Assembly (NCBI GenBank): GCA_041660005.1 | Contig: JBAZXG010000003.1 | Span: 835 to 64,834, forward strand | Length of the DNA stretch: 64,000 bases | Direction of reading: 5' to 3' | From: Patescibacteria group bacterium | GTDB lineage: Bacteria; Patescibacteriota; Patescibacteriia; GWA2-46-9 | Part shown: positions 34,904-44,073 of the stretch, one piece after another | Position numbering within the stretch: position 1 is the stretch's first letter | Layout of the letters: each line of letters begins with the position of its first letter | The notes under the pieces: model-generated | Seen by the model: the letters and a program-made list of their open reading frames with translations, nothing else | The model's database searches: none | What the model was told of the DNA's origin: nothing | Translations under genes and position numbers: made by a program

Positions 34904-35014
34904 CTAATTATCAACGTCAGAATCGTCAGCAATGTCGTCTGACGAATCGTCGTCACCATCCACACCGCACGTGCATTCATCCATGCTCGCGCCGCAGTTG
35001 GGGCATGTCTCCAT
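34904..35014 (-). CDS. Putative 36-aa zinc-ribbon micro-protein with poly-acidic tail (METCPNCGASMDECTCGVDGDDDSSDDIADDSDVDN)
   Basis: Hand translation of the minus strand. CxxC ... CxC followed by a D/S-rich tail. Convergent with uppS and shares the terminator. Below the ORF-track size cut-off. No clear SD sequence. Confidence 0.35.
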   Translation of the reverse strand: METCPNCGASMDECTCGVDGDDDSSDDIADDSDVDN

Positions 35015-35079
35015 AGGTGGAGTTTAGGTGAGTAATACACAAAAGTATATACAAAATAAATGAGCGCGCAAGGGGGTCT

Positions 35080-35829
35080 GTGCTATGCTTAGAATATATG
35101 GGTAAAAATACTTTTTTGGGGTTTTCTTCGTTTGATTCGGTTCGCATTTTGTCGTCAACGAGGTCTGAAGGAAATATGCGTCTGAATGACGGCGAAGATC
35201 AGTCGCTAGGGTCGCAGTCTTTGCGGAATGCTTTTTTTAGCAAAACCGGTATACCGATTTCGTCCGTTGTTTCTGCGCAACTCTCGCATAGCATTACTAT
35301 TGCTCGGGTGACGAAAGCAAACGGCGGAACGATTGTGCGTAACGTGGATGGGCTCATCACGAACGAACGAGAACTTTATTTGACGGTTACGGCTGCCGAT
35401 TGTTTGCCAGTGATGTTTTTATCTCAAGACCCTCGCGCTATTGCTCTAGTACATGCGGGCTGGCGTGGATTACGTGATGGTATTCTGAGTAATCTAGTTA
35501 CTACGTTTCAAAAAGAATTTCGGGTTGCAGCCGAAAGTTTGCTCGCTGAAATTGGCCCAGGCATCTGTGTCGATCACTACCGATTTCCAGAAGCTGCAAC
35601 TGTGTTTAAGTCTATTCCGCAGAGTTATAAAGAATACTCCGATGGTTTGCACTTGAGTCTGCAAGTCCTTGCACGTCAGCAGTTGTTGTCTGCGGGCATA
35701 CCGCCCGATTGCATTACCGCGTCTGCAGATTGCACCTACGAAAACGCGGCTCGTTATTTTTCATATCGACGAGACCATTCTGCTGTTCTTTCTGCTAATC
35801 TCTATGGGATTTCGCTTCGTCGTGCGTAG
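35080..35829 (+). CDS. pgeF: Peptidoglycan editing factor PgeF / YfiH (DUF152 laccase-domain purine nucleoside phosphorylase family)
   Basis: 249 aa. Conserved TADCLP and HAGWRG motifs and the C-terminal Cys/His residues. Confidence 0.8.
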   Translation: MLCLEYMGKNTFLGFSSFDSVRILSSTRSEGNMRLNDGEDQSLGSQSLRNAFFSKTGIPISSVVSAQLSHSITIARVTKANGGTIVRNVDGLITNERELYLTVTAADCLPVMFLSQDPRAIALVHAGWRGLRDGILSNLVTTFQKEFRVAAESLLAEIGPGICVDHYRFPEAATVFKSIPQSYKEYSDGLHLSLQVLARQQLLSAGIPPDCITASADCTYENAARYFSYRRDHSAVLSANLYGISLRRA

Positions 35830-35871
35830 CATATATGGGACGTAACGCTCGTCGTGCTATAATATATATCT

Positions 35872-36078
35872 ATGGGATTATTTGACCAACTTAAAACAGC
35901 ACAGGATCTTATGAAGAACATGAGTCCTGAGGACATGAAGCGCCTCATGTCTCAGGCGAACACTATGAAAGATACTCTGCGAGAGCAAGTGAGCGAACTC
36001 GTGGAGGAGGAAATTGCCAAACGTCAGTTAGTTACGAGAGACGAAGTTGAACAGTTACTCAGCGAAAGATCATCCTAG
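35872..36078 (+). CDS. Hypothetical small helical protein (68 aa)
   Basis: Clean ORF in an intergenic gap. Charged and helical. No motif. Confidence 0.35.
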   Translation: MGLFDQLKTAQDLMKNMSPEDMKRLMSQANTMKDTLREQVSELVEEEIAKRQLVTRDEVEQLLSERSS

Positions 36079-36207
36079 GTACTTATGTATCCGAAGGTGG
36101 TAGTCTCTCTGCTCCTCCTTTTTGCGTAAATTTGTTTACTGGTATTGATTCGCCAAAGGTCGCTCGTAGTCGTTAACAAAGTTCCCAGCACTAACCGTGA
36201 TACTTCG

Positions 36208-36663
36208 ATGATGACGATAACGAGTTCTGCGTTTATCGAGAACGCTACCATCCCGTCCGTTTACACTTGCGATGGGGATAACTACAATCCACCTTTATCT
36301 TTTGGCGGTGTTCCAAGAGATGCAAAAAGTCTCGCGCTCGTTTTTGAAGATCCAGACGTACCAAAGAGCATAAGAGAGGATGGCATGTGGAATCATTGGG
36401 TTGTCTACAATTTGCCGCCCGATACGCAGACAATTTTTGAAAACGCGGCGCCTCCGGGAACAGTTGGAGTGGGCACCGGAGGATTGCAAACGTATCAAGG
36501 ACCATGTCCTCCTGACCGCGAACATCGGTATTTTTTCAAATTATACGCTCTCGATAGTCTGATACCTTCGACTCAGCCACTCACAAAAGAGGAGTTGATC
36601 CAGAGAATGCAGGGTCACCTACTAGCATCGGCGGAACTCATGGGTCGCTACGGGCGTAGATAA
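36208..36663 (+). CDS. YbhB/YbcL (PEBP/RKIP) family protein
   Basis: Conserved PEBP signature DPDVP...HRYFFKLYALD. The track ORF starts at 36145, but an internal Met at 36208/36211 is the likelier start. Confidence 0.75.
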   Translation: MMTITSSAFIENATIPSVYTCDGDNYNPPLSFGGVPRDAKSLALVFEDPDVPKSIREDGMWNHWVVYNLPPDTQTIFENAAPPGTVGVGTGGLQTYQGPCPPDREHRYFFKLYALDSLIPSTQPLTKEELIQRMQGHLLASAELMGRYGRR

Positions 36664-36721
36664 TTGTGGCAGGGCGTATATATTGCTATACTTTAAGTGT
36701 TATTTCGTAACATAGATAATT

Positions 36722-37684
36722 ATGAATCGCATAGTTACCGGACTCATCGCTGTTTTGTTGTTTTTTGTACCATTGTTTGCTGTGCAAGCTGACGAATCGG
36801 ACGTGGAGCTTCGCAATGAGCGGGGTTCGGCTCAGGAGTTACGCAATAAAACGAAACAGGAGATAGAAATCGAACGTGAGAATGCCAAGGATGAACAAGA
36901 AAAGCTGCGTAATGAAATAACGAGTGATCGGCAGCAAAAGAAAGAGGATGTGAAGAACGCCAAAAACGAAGCACGAGGTGAAATTCAAAATATTCGTGCA
37001 AGGGAGGATGACAGTACTTCAGGAAGTGATCAGGAAGAGCGGACAGCCATTGAAAAAGTAAAACAAGAGTTGCAGAAAAAAGTAGAGGCGCGACGTGAGG
37101 GTTTCAACAAAGTGAAGCAAGAGCTGAAAGCGCAGCTGGAGGAAAACCAGCAAAACTTGCAAGAGCGACTTCGGCGCAAACGGGAAGAACTGAAAAGTCG
37201 TCTGCAGGAGATTAAAGATACAGGAAAACAACAGGCAGTAGCACGCATTAACGATAATATCGATGCGGTTAATCGGAATGCACTTTCGGTTTTTAGTCGC
37301 ATCCTTGACAATCTAACGGTGATTTTAGAAAAGCTACAGAGCAGAACTGACAAGGCCGCCGCCAACGGTGCTGATGTTAGTGCCGTCATTGTAGCGATGG
37401 CAGATGTTCAATCAGCTCTGAATACGAGCAGGAGCGCCATCACGACACAAGCGGCAAAGATATATACCATTACTATTACGAGCGAGACAAATCTTGGAGA
37501 CGATGTTCGGTCCACAAGGAACATTTTACACACTGACCTTACTCGTGTTCGCAGTACGGTGATGGCGGTACGCGACTCATTGCGGCAAGCGCTTGATGTA
37601 TTAAAGAAAATACCCAATGTTGATGATGAGCTCGAATCTGCGTCTGCTGGATCAGTAACGAATAGTAATACGGCAAGTCAGTAA
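36722..37684 (+). CDS. Secreted/anchored coiled-coil protein, E/K/R/Q-rich, hypothetical
   Basis: 320 aa. Signal/TM (IVTGLIAVLLFFVPLFAV) followed by about 250 residues of charged heptad-like sequence. Confidence 0.55.
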   Translation: MNRIVTGLIAVLLFFVPLFAVQADESDVELRNERGSAQELRNKTKQEIEIERENAKDEQEKLRNEITSDRQQKKEDVKNAKNEARGEIQNIRAREDDSTSGSDQEERTAIEKVKQELQKKVEARREGFNKVKQELKAQLEENQQNLQERLRRKREELKSRLQEIKDTGKQQAVARINDNIDAVNRNALSVFSRILDNLTVILEKLQSRTDKAAANGADVSAVIVAMADVQSALNTSRSAITTQAAKIYTITITSETNLGDDVRSTRNILHTDLTRVRSTVMAVRDSLRQALDVLKKIPNVDDELESASAGSVTNSNTASQ

Positions 37685-37705
37685 GTTTCATAAACAAATA
37701 AACGT

Positions 37706-37966
37706 ATGCATAAAAAAATTGTCATTCTTTTGCTGATTGTAGGTTTCCTGGCCCTTGGTGTCTCTCTATTGCTAAAGACAAAGACTCAGCCTGCGTCGCA
37801 AGACTCAGACGTGCAGATGCTGAACACTGAGGAGCAGTCAGAACTCCAGAACATGACACAGAGTGATTCTACGAGTGATATTAGTCAGGACTTAGGTGCT
37901 GCGGCTAGTGTTGACGACGTTAACACCATGCTCACTAATGTAGACGCTGACCTGCAGAAGCTATAA
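37706..37966 (+). CDS. Hypothetical small membrane-anchored protein (86 aa)
   Basis: N-terminal TM (IVILLLIVGFLALGVSLLL) and an acidic Ser/Asp/Gln-rich tail. Confidence 0.4.
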   Translation: MHKKIVILLLIVGFLALGVSLLLKTKTQPASQDSDVQMLNTEEQSELQNMTQSDSTSDISQDLGAAASVDDVNTMLTNVDADLQKL

Positions 37967-37968
37967 CT

Positions 37969-38649
37969 ATGCCGCACAATTATTCTTATGCTTCAGTACC
38001 ACACCACAGTTTGAGCAATGCTGAACGCCTAAAAGAGATTAACAATGAGTTCGAGAAGGGATTTGCTTTATTGGAAACTGTTTCGAAAGGTGTAACATTT
38101 TGGGGTTCATCCAGAACCAAGGATGGAGAGCATCCTTATAACCAAGCCCGGGAATTGGCGTCTGCATTAACGAAACTGGGTCATACTATTGTTACGGGAG
38201 GTGGACCAGGGATTATGGAGGCAGCGAACAGAGGGGCACTCGAAGCGGGCGGACGATCTGTCGCTTTTGAAATTCAAATTCAATCTGAGCAGACAAATCC
38301 CTATATTACAGATTCGGTAAGTTTTTATTATTTCTTTGTTCGTAAAGTAATGCTGGCTAGCTCGGGACAGGCGTATGTTTATTTTCCTGGTGGCTTCGGC
38401 ACGTTGGATGAATTTTTTGAGATTTCAACACTCATTGCCACACACAAATTGCATCAAGATGTTCCTGTTGTGTTGGTGGGCAAGGATTACTGGGAACCGC
38501 TTATGCGGTGGCTGCGCAATACCGTTGTAGAGAAGTTCCACGCCTTTGAGCCCGAAGAGTTTGCTATGTGGAGAATTGTTGATACACCAAAAGAAGCGCT
38601 TGATATTGTGGAGCGCTGCAGTGGTAGGATGGGTGTGTGTAATTATTAG
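37969..38649 (+). CDS. LOG-family protein (TIGR00730 Rossmann-fold nucleotide-binding, cytokinin riboside 5'-monophosphate phosphoribohydrolase-like)
   Basis: 226 aa. GGGPGIMEAANRGA and PGGFGTLDE motifs. Confidence 0.8.
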   Translation: MPHNYSYASVPHHSLSNAERLKEINNEFEKGFALLETVSKGVTFWGSSRTKDGEHPYNQARELASALTKLGHTIVTGGGPGIMEAANRGALEAGGRSVAFEIQIQSEQTNPYITDSVSFYYFFVRKVMLASSGQAYVYFPGGFGTLDEFFEISTLIATHKLHQDVPVVLVGKDYWEPLMRWLRNTVVEKFHAFEPEEFAMWRIVDTPKEALDIVERCSGRMGVCNY

Positions 38650-38670
38650 TGTCTTTCTGGAGGCGGAACG

Positions 38671-39564
38671 TTGATTATGCTCTTCAAAAAAGAAAACAAA
38701 ACTTTTGCACTTATCAATCCTGCGGTGGGTTTTACCCTCATTGAAGCATTGATTTCACTTGCGATTTTTACGTTCCTCAGCACAGTTGCTTTTGCCAGCT
38801 ATAAATCGTACGAACGCAGGCTGGTTATTCAGTCGGTAACTCAGGAACTGATCAGTGTTCTAGAAACAGCAAAAAACCGCACTATAGAATCTCTTAACGC
38901 TAGCTCTTATGGTGTACATTTATTACCAAATAGCTTTACTCTTTTTGGCGAAGGGAGTTATGTAGCTGGCAATCCTGCAAATGAGGTCCATCAAGTTCCG
39001 GCAGACGTCGAACTGTATGCAATTTCCGTGGGAGGCGGCAGCGACGTTATGTATGATCGGGTTCGCGGATCAACGGCGAACAGCGGCACTATCGGGATTC
39101 GTTTGGTTAGCGATCCCAACGTTGTAATGACCGTAAGTGTCCCCGCGCTTGCTCCGGTCGGTCTTCAGCACACTATTCAAACAGCAGGATCACGCCTTAC
39201 TGATGCACGCCATGTACACGTGACGCTTGGGTGGAGCATACAGAACGCAACAACTCTGGAGCTTGTTTTTAAGGACTCACCAAATCCAGATACGGTTGAG
39301 AATGTCGCAATTGCCAACTACTTGAATGCTGATCAAACAGTCTTTGATTGGGAGGGTACGCAGACTGTCAATGGTCAACCACAGGTAGTGCATATATCTT
39401 CGCACGAACTCAATGGGAGTAATACGATTTTATCGATTCGTCGCGATGGACGTTACAATAGTATAAATGTAGACATTAAAATTGACGGGCAAACGATTGT
39501 ATCTTACGGGAGCGATAATGAAGTTGTGCTTGGTGGTGCTGCTACCTCATTAGCAATACAGTAA
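38671..39564 (+). CDS. Type IV pilin-like protein (prepilin-type N-terminal cleavage/methylation domain)
   Basis: 297 aa. Class III signal ...AVG|FTLIEALISLAIF with G at -1 and E at +5. Confidence 0.75.
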   Translation: MIMLFKKENKTFALINPAVGFTLIEALISLAIFTFLSTVAFASYKSYERRLVIQSVTQELISVLETAKNRTIESLNASSYGVHLLPNSFTLFGEGSYVAGNPANEVHQVPADVELYAISVGGGSDVMYDRVRGSTANSGTIGIRLVSDPNVVMTVSVPALAPVGLQHTIQTAGSRLTDARHVHVTLGWSIQNATTLELVFKDSPNPDTVENVAIANYLNADQTVFDWEGTQTVNGQPQVVHISSHELNGSNTILSIRRDGRYNSINVDIKIDGQTIVSYGSDNEVVLGGAATSLAIQ

Positions 39565-39571
39565 CAGTAGT

Positions 39572-40093
39572 ATGGATAGACTAATAAAAAAACAATTTCA
39601 AACAGCATTTCCGAAAGGATTTGGCATGATTGAGTTACTCGCGGCTATGGCGCTCGCCATTTTTATTATACCGGGCATGCTGCAGTTTTCGTTTTCTATG
39701 ACTAGGATTATTAATGGGCAGGAGCGCAGGGTAGAGGCGGCCTACTTAGCTGAGGAGGGGATTGAAGCGGTTCGAACGATGCGCGATCGCAGTTGGTCAA
39801 CAACTATTGCAGGGCTGACTCTTAATACCGATTATTATCCTACCATTCAAAGTAACGTGTGGTCATTAAGTTTGACTGACCCGGGAGTACTCCTTGGTCG
39901 CTACACGCGCACGGTGAAATTGCAGAGTGTCAATCGAGATACGAGTAGTGACATTGTTGTGCCGCCAGCGGTTGGCGGAGTTGAAGACGCCGAAACCAGG
40001 TTCGTTAGCAGTACCGTTAGTTGGACAGAACCTGGTGGTGCGGTTCGTTCCTTAACGTTGCAAGCGTACTTAACGAATTTTTTAGCTAACTAA
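39572..40093 (+). CDS. Prepilin-type minor pilin / pseudopilin
   Basis: 173 aa. ...PKG|FGMIELLAAMALAIFII with E at +5. Confidence 0.65.
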   Translation: MDRLIKKQFQTAFPKGFGMIELLAAMALAIFIIPGMLQFSFSMTRIINGQERRVEAAYLAEEGIEAVRTMRDRSWSTTIAGLTLNTDYYPTIQSNVWSLSLTDPGVLLGRYTRTVKLQSVNRDTSSDIVVPPAVGGVEDAETRFVSSTVSWTEPGGAVRSLTLQAYLTNFLAN

Positions 40094-40100
40094 CCCGGCT

Positions 40101-40658
40101 ATGCTGTTAATTAAAAAAAGAAAACAGCAGCATCCGTTAGGCGTCTCATTGTTTGAGGTTGTTATTTATGTTGCTTTTTTCCTCGTTCTGACCATTTTAA
40201 TAACAAACGTTTCGACCCAGCTTATTGCCGTTAATCAAAATACACGAGCAACCAATGATATTATAGCGAGCGCGCGTTTTGCTGTTGATACTATTGCTCA
40301 AGAGGTGCGGCATGCTAAAAGTGTTTACTCTCCGACAAGTGTTTTTGATGTCAGTCCAGGTCAGTTAAGCTTAGAAACAACCCGAGATCTCCCCGACGGG
40401 GAAACATCTACGTTCGTCGATTTTTATATTGATACTGGACGGCTTTACTTGAGGCGGGAGGGTCAAGACCCAATTCGTTTGACGAGTGACAGCGTTATCG
40501 TTGAAGGGTTGACCTTTTCTTACTTGAATCAGTCGGTGCTTACGCCAGCAGTTCGAATGAGCATAACCGTTGCGAACTACGGCGCCAGTAGTGGTAATGT
40601 TAGTCATCGAACCATTACTCTTGTTACGACAGCCGCATTGCGTTCTTATGCGCAGTAA
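40101..40658 (+). CDS. Prepilin-type minor pilin / pseudopilin
   Basis: 185 aa. ...HPLG|VSLFEVVIYVAFFLV with E at +5. Confidence 0.65.
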   Translation: MLLIKKRKQQHPLGVSLFEVVIYVAFFLVLTILITNVSTQLIAVNQNTRATNDIIASARFAVDTIAQEVRHAKSVYSPTSVFDVSPGQLSLETTRDLPDGETSTFVDFYIDTGRLYLRREGQDPIRLTSDSVIVEGLTFSYLNQSVLTPAVRMSITVANYGASSGNVSHRTITLVTTAALRSYAQ

Positions 40659-42429
40659 TAGAGAACAACAAGTGCGTCGTTTTATAACTCCTTATCCTCA
40701 AGGTCAGGCAGCATTGGTGGCGACCATTTTTCTTTTTTTGATTGGAACAGCTATTGTAAGTACCTGGAGCACGATTTCTATTGCTACCATTAAAACCATT
40801 GCGGCGCTTCCGAATTCGCTGCAGAGTTATTACGTCGCAGAATCGGGTATTGAAGATAGTCTATTGCGGTTAACGAACAGTAATTATGCATTTGCCGCAA
40901 ACAATACTATTACCATAGGTGAAAGTTCTACCACGGTGAGTATTAATCAAGGGAGTCAGGGTGCGACCGTTACTTCAACAGGAATGGATAGTACGCTCGT
41001 ACGTAAAGTTGTTGTCGCACTGGAGACGAATACCGTTGGTGCCAGTTTCAGTTATGGCATACAGGTTGGTTCTGGAGGACTGACCATGCGCGATAATTCT
41101 GTGATAAACGGTAATGTGTATTCGAATGGTAGCGTTGTTGGGCAAAATCACGCTACGGTAACCGGGGACGTCATTGTGGCGTCTGGCGTGCCGAGCGAAC
41201 CGGATTCGGAGTATACCTATGCAAATGCCGACCACTCTTTTGCTTTAGCGAGCACTAATAAGGCAGCGGCACAGTCATTCAGACCTCTAGCCACAGGGCC
41301 TGTTACCCAGGTGGCAGTGAACATAGCGAAGGTAGGTACCCCAAACGATAATTTGAGAGTCCGTATAGTTTCTGACAATGGCAATAAGCCATCAGGCACG
41401 ACACTAACACAGGCGTCTATCCCGGCTTCAGTAGTTGGTACTGTATCTTCGTGGATCAACATTGGTTTTAGTGATACGCCAACGCTAACTGCAGGTACTC
41501 GGTATTGGGTGGACGTTGATAGTGGCACCAGTCACCCGAACAGTTATTGGAAATGGAGGAAAGACACCGGTGATACCTATGCAAGCGAAACAGCCATGTC
41601 TGCTAGTGGTTGTTGTTCGGGTAGCACGAATTGGTCAAATTTGAATGCTGATTTAGACTTTAAAGTTTGGGTTGGTGGTACACCAACCCGTATTGAAGGA
41701 ATGACCATCGGCGACACTACGGCAGGGAGCGGTCGAGCGAACGTATTTGTAGATAGCACTATTCATGGCTCGCCCTGCCCGAACAGCTATTGCATTATAG
41801 ATTCACCAGCGCCAAGTACCATGCCTCTGTCTGGAGGGAGTATAGATGCGTTCCTTGATCAAGCCGCACAAGGAGACATCTGCGCACCGCCGATATGCAA
41901 CAGTAATGGCGATCTCATTCGTACTGGCAAAGGTAGCTCGGCCACGATTGGGCCAATGGTCATAAATGGCGATCTCAAGCTGTTTGACTATAGTTCACTT
42001 ATACTTACGGGTACGGTTCGAGTGATGGGAAACATAGATTTCAACAATCATTGCACGGTTACCCTTGACGAAAGCTATGGCTCTGGCGATGGCGTTATCG
42101 TAGCCGATGGCTGGATTAACGTAGCGAATAACTGCTCGTTTGCCGGTTCAGGTCAGATAGGCAGCTATCCACTGGTGCTGTCCATGTACCCGGACGGCGA
42201 AGACCGGCCAGCCATTGATCTCAATAATCATGCCGACGGAGTCGTTTTCTATGCAAGTGAGGGCACAATTGAGATAAGCAACAATTCAACGGTAAATAGT
42301 TTGGTTGGGTATGCCATCAGTATAAAAAACAACGCAACTATTACCTACGACAGCGGCTTGCTCGATATGAGTTTTGAGAGTGGCCCGACTGGTGGCTTTA
42401 CTATCAGTAGTTGGAAAGAGGAGCAATAA
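40648..42429 (+). CDS. Large pilus-associated protein (PilX/PilY1-like tip or minor component?) with N-terminal hydrophobic segment
   Basis: Track ORF 40570..42429, but residues before the ATG at 40648 overlap the previous gene out of frame. After M(40648) comes the hydrophobic helix ALVATIFLFLIGTAIVSTW, then a roughly 550-aa Gly/Ser/Thr/Asn-rich beta-type domain. Fourth gene of the pilin cluster. Confidence 0.55.
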   Translation: MRSNREQQVRRFITPYPQGQAALVATIFLFLIGTAIVSTWSTISIATIKTIAALPNSLQSYYVAESGIEDSLLRLTNSNYAFAANNTITIGESSTTVSINQGSQGATVTSTGMDSTLVRKVVVALETNTVGASFSYGIQVGSGGLTMRDNSVINGNVYSNGSVVGQNHATVTGDVIVASGVPSEPDSEYTYANADHSFALASTNKAAAQSFRPLATGPVTQVAVNIAKVGTPNDNLRVRIVSDNGNKPSGTTLTQASIPASVVGTVSSWINIGFSDTPTLTAGTRYWVDVDSGTSHPNSYWKWRKDTGDTYASETAMSASGCCSGSTNWSNLNADLDFKVWVGGTPTRIEGMTIGDTTAGSGRANVFVDSTIHGSPCPNSYCIIDSPAPSTMPLSGGSIDAFLDQAAQGDICAPPICNSNGDLIRTGKGSSATIGPMVINGDLKLFDYSSLILTGTVRVMGNIDFNNHCTVTLDESYGSGDGVIVADGWINVANNCSFAGSGQIGSYPLVLSMYPDGEDRPAIDLNNHADGVVFYASEGTIEISNNSTVNSLVGYAISIKNNATITYDSGLLDMSFESGPTGGFTISSWKEEQ

Positions 42430-42432
42430 AAT

Positions 42433-43824
42433 ATGGAATTGACATCATACGGAGCCGCGGGTGAAGTAACTGGATCAAAGCATCTACTCACTGTTAATGG
42501 TAAGGGGTTACTCCTTGACTGCGGCATGTTTCAAGGAGCGTATGCGGAGGTAGCGCAAAAAAATGCAAATTTTCCATTTTCAATAGATAAAGTAGATGCA
42601 GTTATCCTTTCGCACGGCCACCTGGATCATTGCGGGTCTCTGCCGCTACTCGTGCGTGCGGGATATCGTGGAGCTATTTATTCCACGCCGGCGACAAAAG
42701 ACGTCGCGGAATGCATCATGCGCGACTCGGCGCACATTCAATTGCAAGACGCGGATTATCATAATAAGTATCGAAAACCAGGTTCAGCCGAAGGTCAGCC
42801 ACTCTATCTGGACAGGGACGTTGACGCGGCATTGCGGCTAATGCAACCCATTCCGTATTGGAAGCCGTTTGAACCTCTGTCGGGAGTCAAAGCGACTTTT
42901 TTTGATGCAGGACATATCCTTGGCTCGGCGCTTACCCATCTTACGATGAGCGAGGAAAATCGTACCGTTCGCTTTGGATATTCTGGTGACTTAGGCCATA
43001 AAGACATGCCCATCTTAAGAAATCCCGAAATACTCCCGACGACGGATATACTGCTTCTTGAGAGTACCTATGGTAACAAGAGCCATGAAACCCTTGGAGA
43101 GAGAACAGACAAACTGATTCAAGTGGTATTGGAAGCGATTCGGGTCGGTGGCAAAATAATTGTTCCGGCATTTGCTCTCGGTCGCATGCAGACGCTCATC
43201 TATACGTTGCATGCTTTGACGGATAGCGGAAAAATACCACGGATTCCTATCTACATTGATAGCCCATTAGGTGAACGATTGACTGCTGTTTTTGAAAAAC
43301 ATCAGGAGTGCTATGACGAAGAGACGAAAAAACTTTTCACGAGTCGTCATGATGACCCGTTTGGTTTTAGAAACTTGCAGTACGTGCAGTCGGTTGAAGA
43401 AAGCAAAGCGCTCAATATGAAGTCGGGACCCATGATTATTGTTGCGAGCTCAGGAATGGTTGAAGCAGGCCGTGTTTTACATCATCTCAAAAATGCTCTT
43501 CCTGATCCAAAAAATACCGTGCTCATCGTGGGCTATATGGCAGCAGGGACACGTGGCCGCAAGCTACTGGAGGGGGCTTCATCGCTTAGCTTTTTTGGAT
43601 TAAGCGTTCCTGTGCGAGCCAAAGTTCTAAAAATTAACGCATATTCAGCGCACGCAGATGAACATGATTTATTAGAATTTTTGGCGGGTACGAGTAATCT
43701 TCGGAAGTTGTTCTTAGTGCATGGAGATGCCACTGTTTCCGCGGATTTTGCAGAAACTGTTCGCTCTGAACTCCCAAGCATCGATGTGACCCTGCCTGAA
43801 GCAGGTCGAGCGTATGCACTCTAG
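42433..43824 (+). CDS. MBL-fold beta-CASP family RNA-metabolising nuclease (CPSF/RNase J-like)
   Basis: 463 aa. HGHLDHCG metallo-beta-lactamase motif, beta-CASP motifs and a C-terminal HxxxH. Confidence 0.8.
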   Translation: MELTSYGAAGEVTGSKHLLTVNGKGLLLDCGMFQGAYAEVAQKNANFPFSIDKVDAVILSHGHLDHCGSLPLLVRAGYRGAIYSTPATKDVAECIMRDSAHIQLQDADYHNKYRKPGSAEGQPLYLDRDVDAALRLMQPIPYWKPFEPLSGVKATFFDAGHILGSALTHLTMSEENRTVRFGYSGDLGHKDMPILRNPEILPTTDILLLESTYGNKSHETLGERTDKLIQVVLEAIRVGGKIIVPAFALGRMQTLIYTLHALTDSGKIPRIPIYIDSPLGERLTAVFEKHQECYDEETKKLFTSRHDDPFGFRNLQYVQSVEESKALNMKSGPMIIVASSGMVEAGRVLHHLKNALPDPKNTVLIVGYMAAGTRGRKLLEGASSLSFFGLSVPVRAKVLKINAYSAHADEHDLLEFLAGTSNLRKLFLVHGDATVSADFAETVRSELPSIDVTLPEAGRAYAL

Positions 43825-43859
43825 GTTATTATTTAAACATTGTGGTATAATCTCATCAT

Positions 43860-44066
43860 ATGTTGCAATTATTTTATAAGAGAACTAAGGGTCTAGATTA
43901 TTGGGACGTGAAGTTTGTCGGTTGTGCTGGTATGGTACTTGCTTTTATGCTCGTTCGTTTCATTCCTGAACTTGTTGACGTCAATTTTTGGTGGTGGATT
44001 AGTGTTTTTGTGCTTTTTTTACTAAGACCCTCTTATCATTTTTGGATTCAGCCTTCTAATAAATAA
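43860..44066 (+). CDS. Hypothetical small membrane protein (68 aa, 2 TM)
   Basis: Hydrophobic ORF directly upstream of the giant surface protein gene. Confidence 0.35.
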   Translation: MLQLFYKRTKGLDYWDVKFVGCAGMVLAFMLVRFIPELVDVNFWWWISVFVLFLLRPSYHFWIQPSNK

Positions 44067-44073
44067 AACTGTC

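Noticed and set aside
40570-40647. N-terminal extension of the 619-aa pilus-associated ORF overlapping the preceding pseudopilin gene
   Set aside because: The extension is out of frame with a well-supported gene and adds a non-hydrophobic leader. An ATG at 40648 immediately precedes the hydrophobic N-terminal helix expected for a pilin-like protein.
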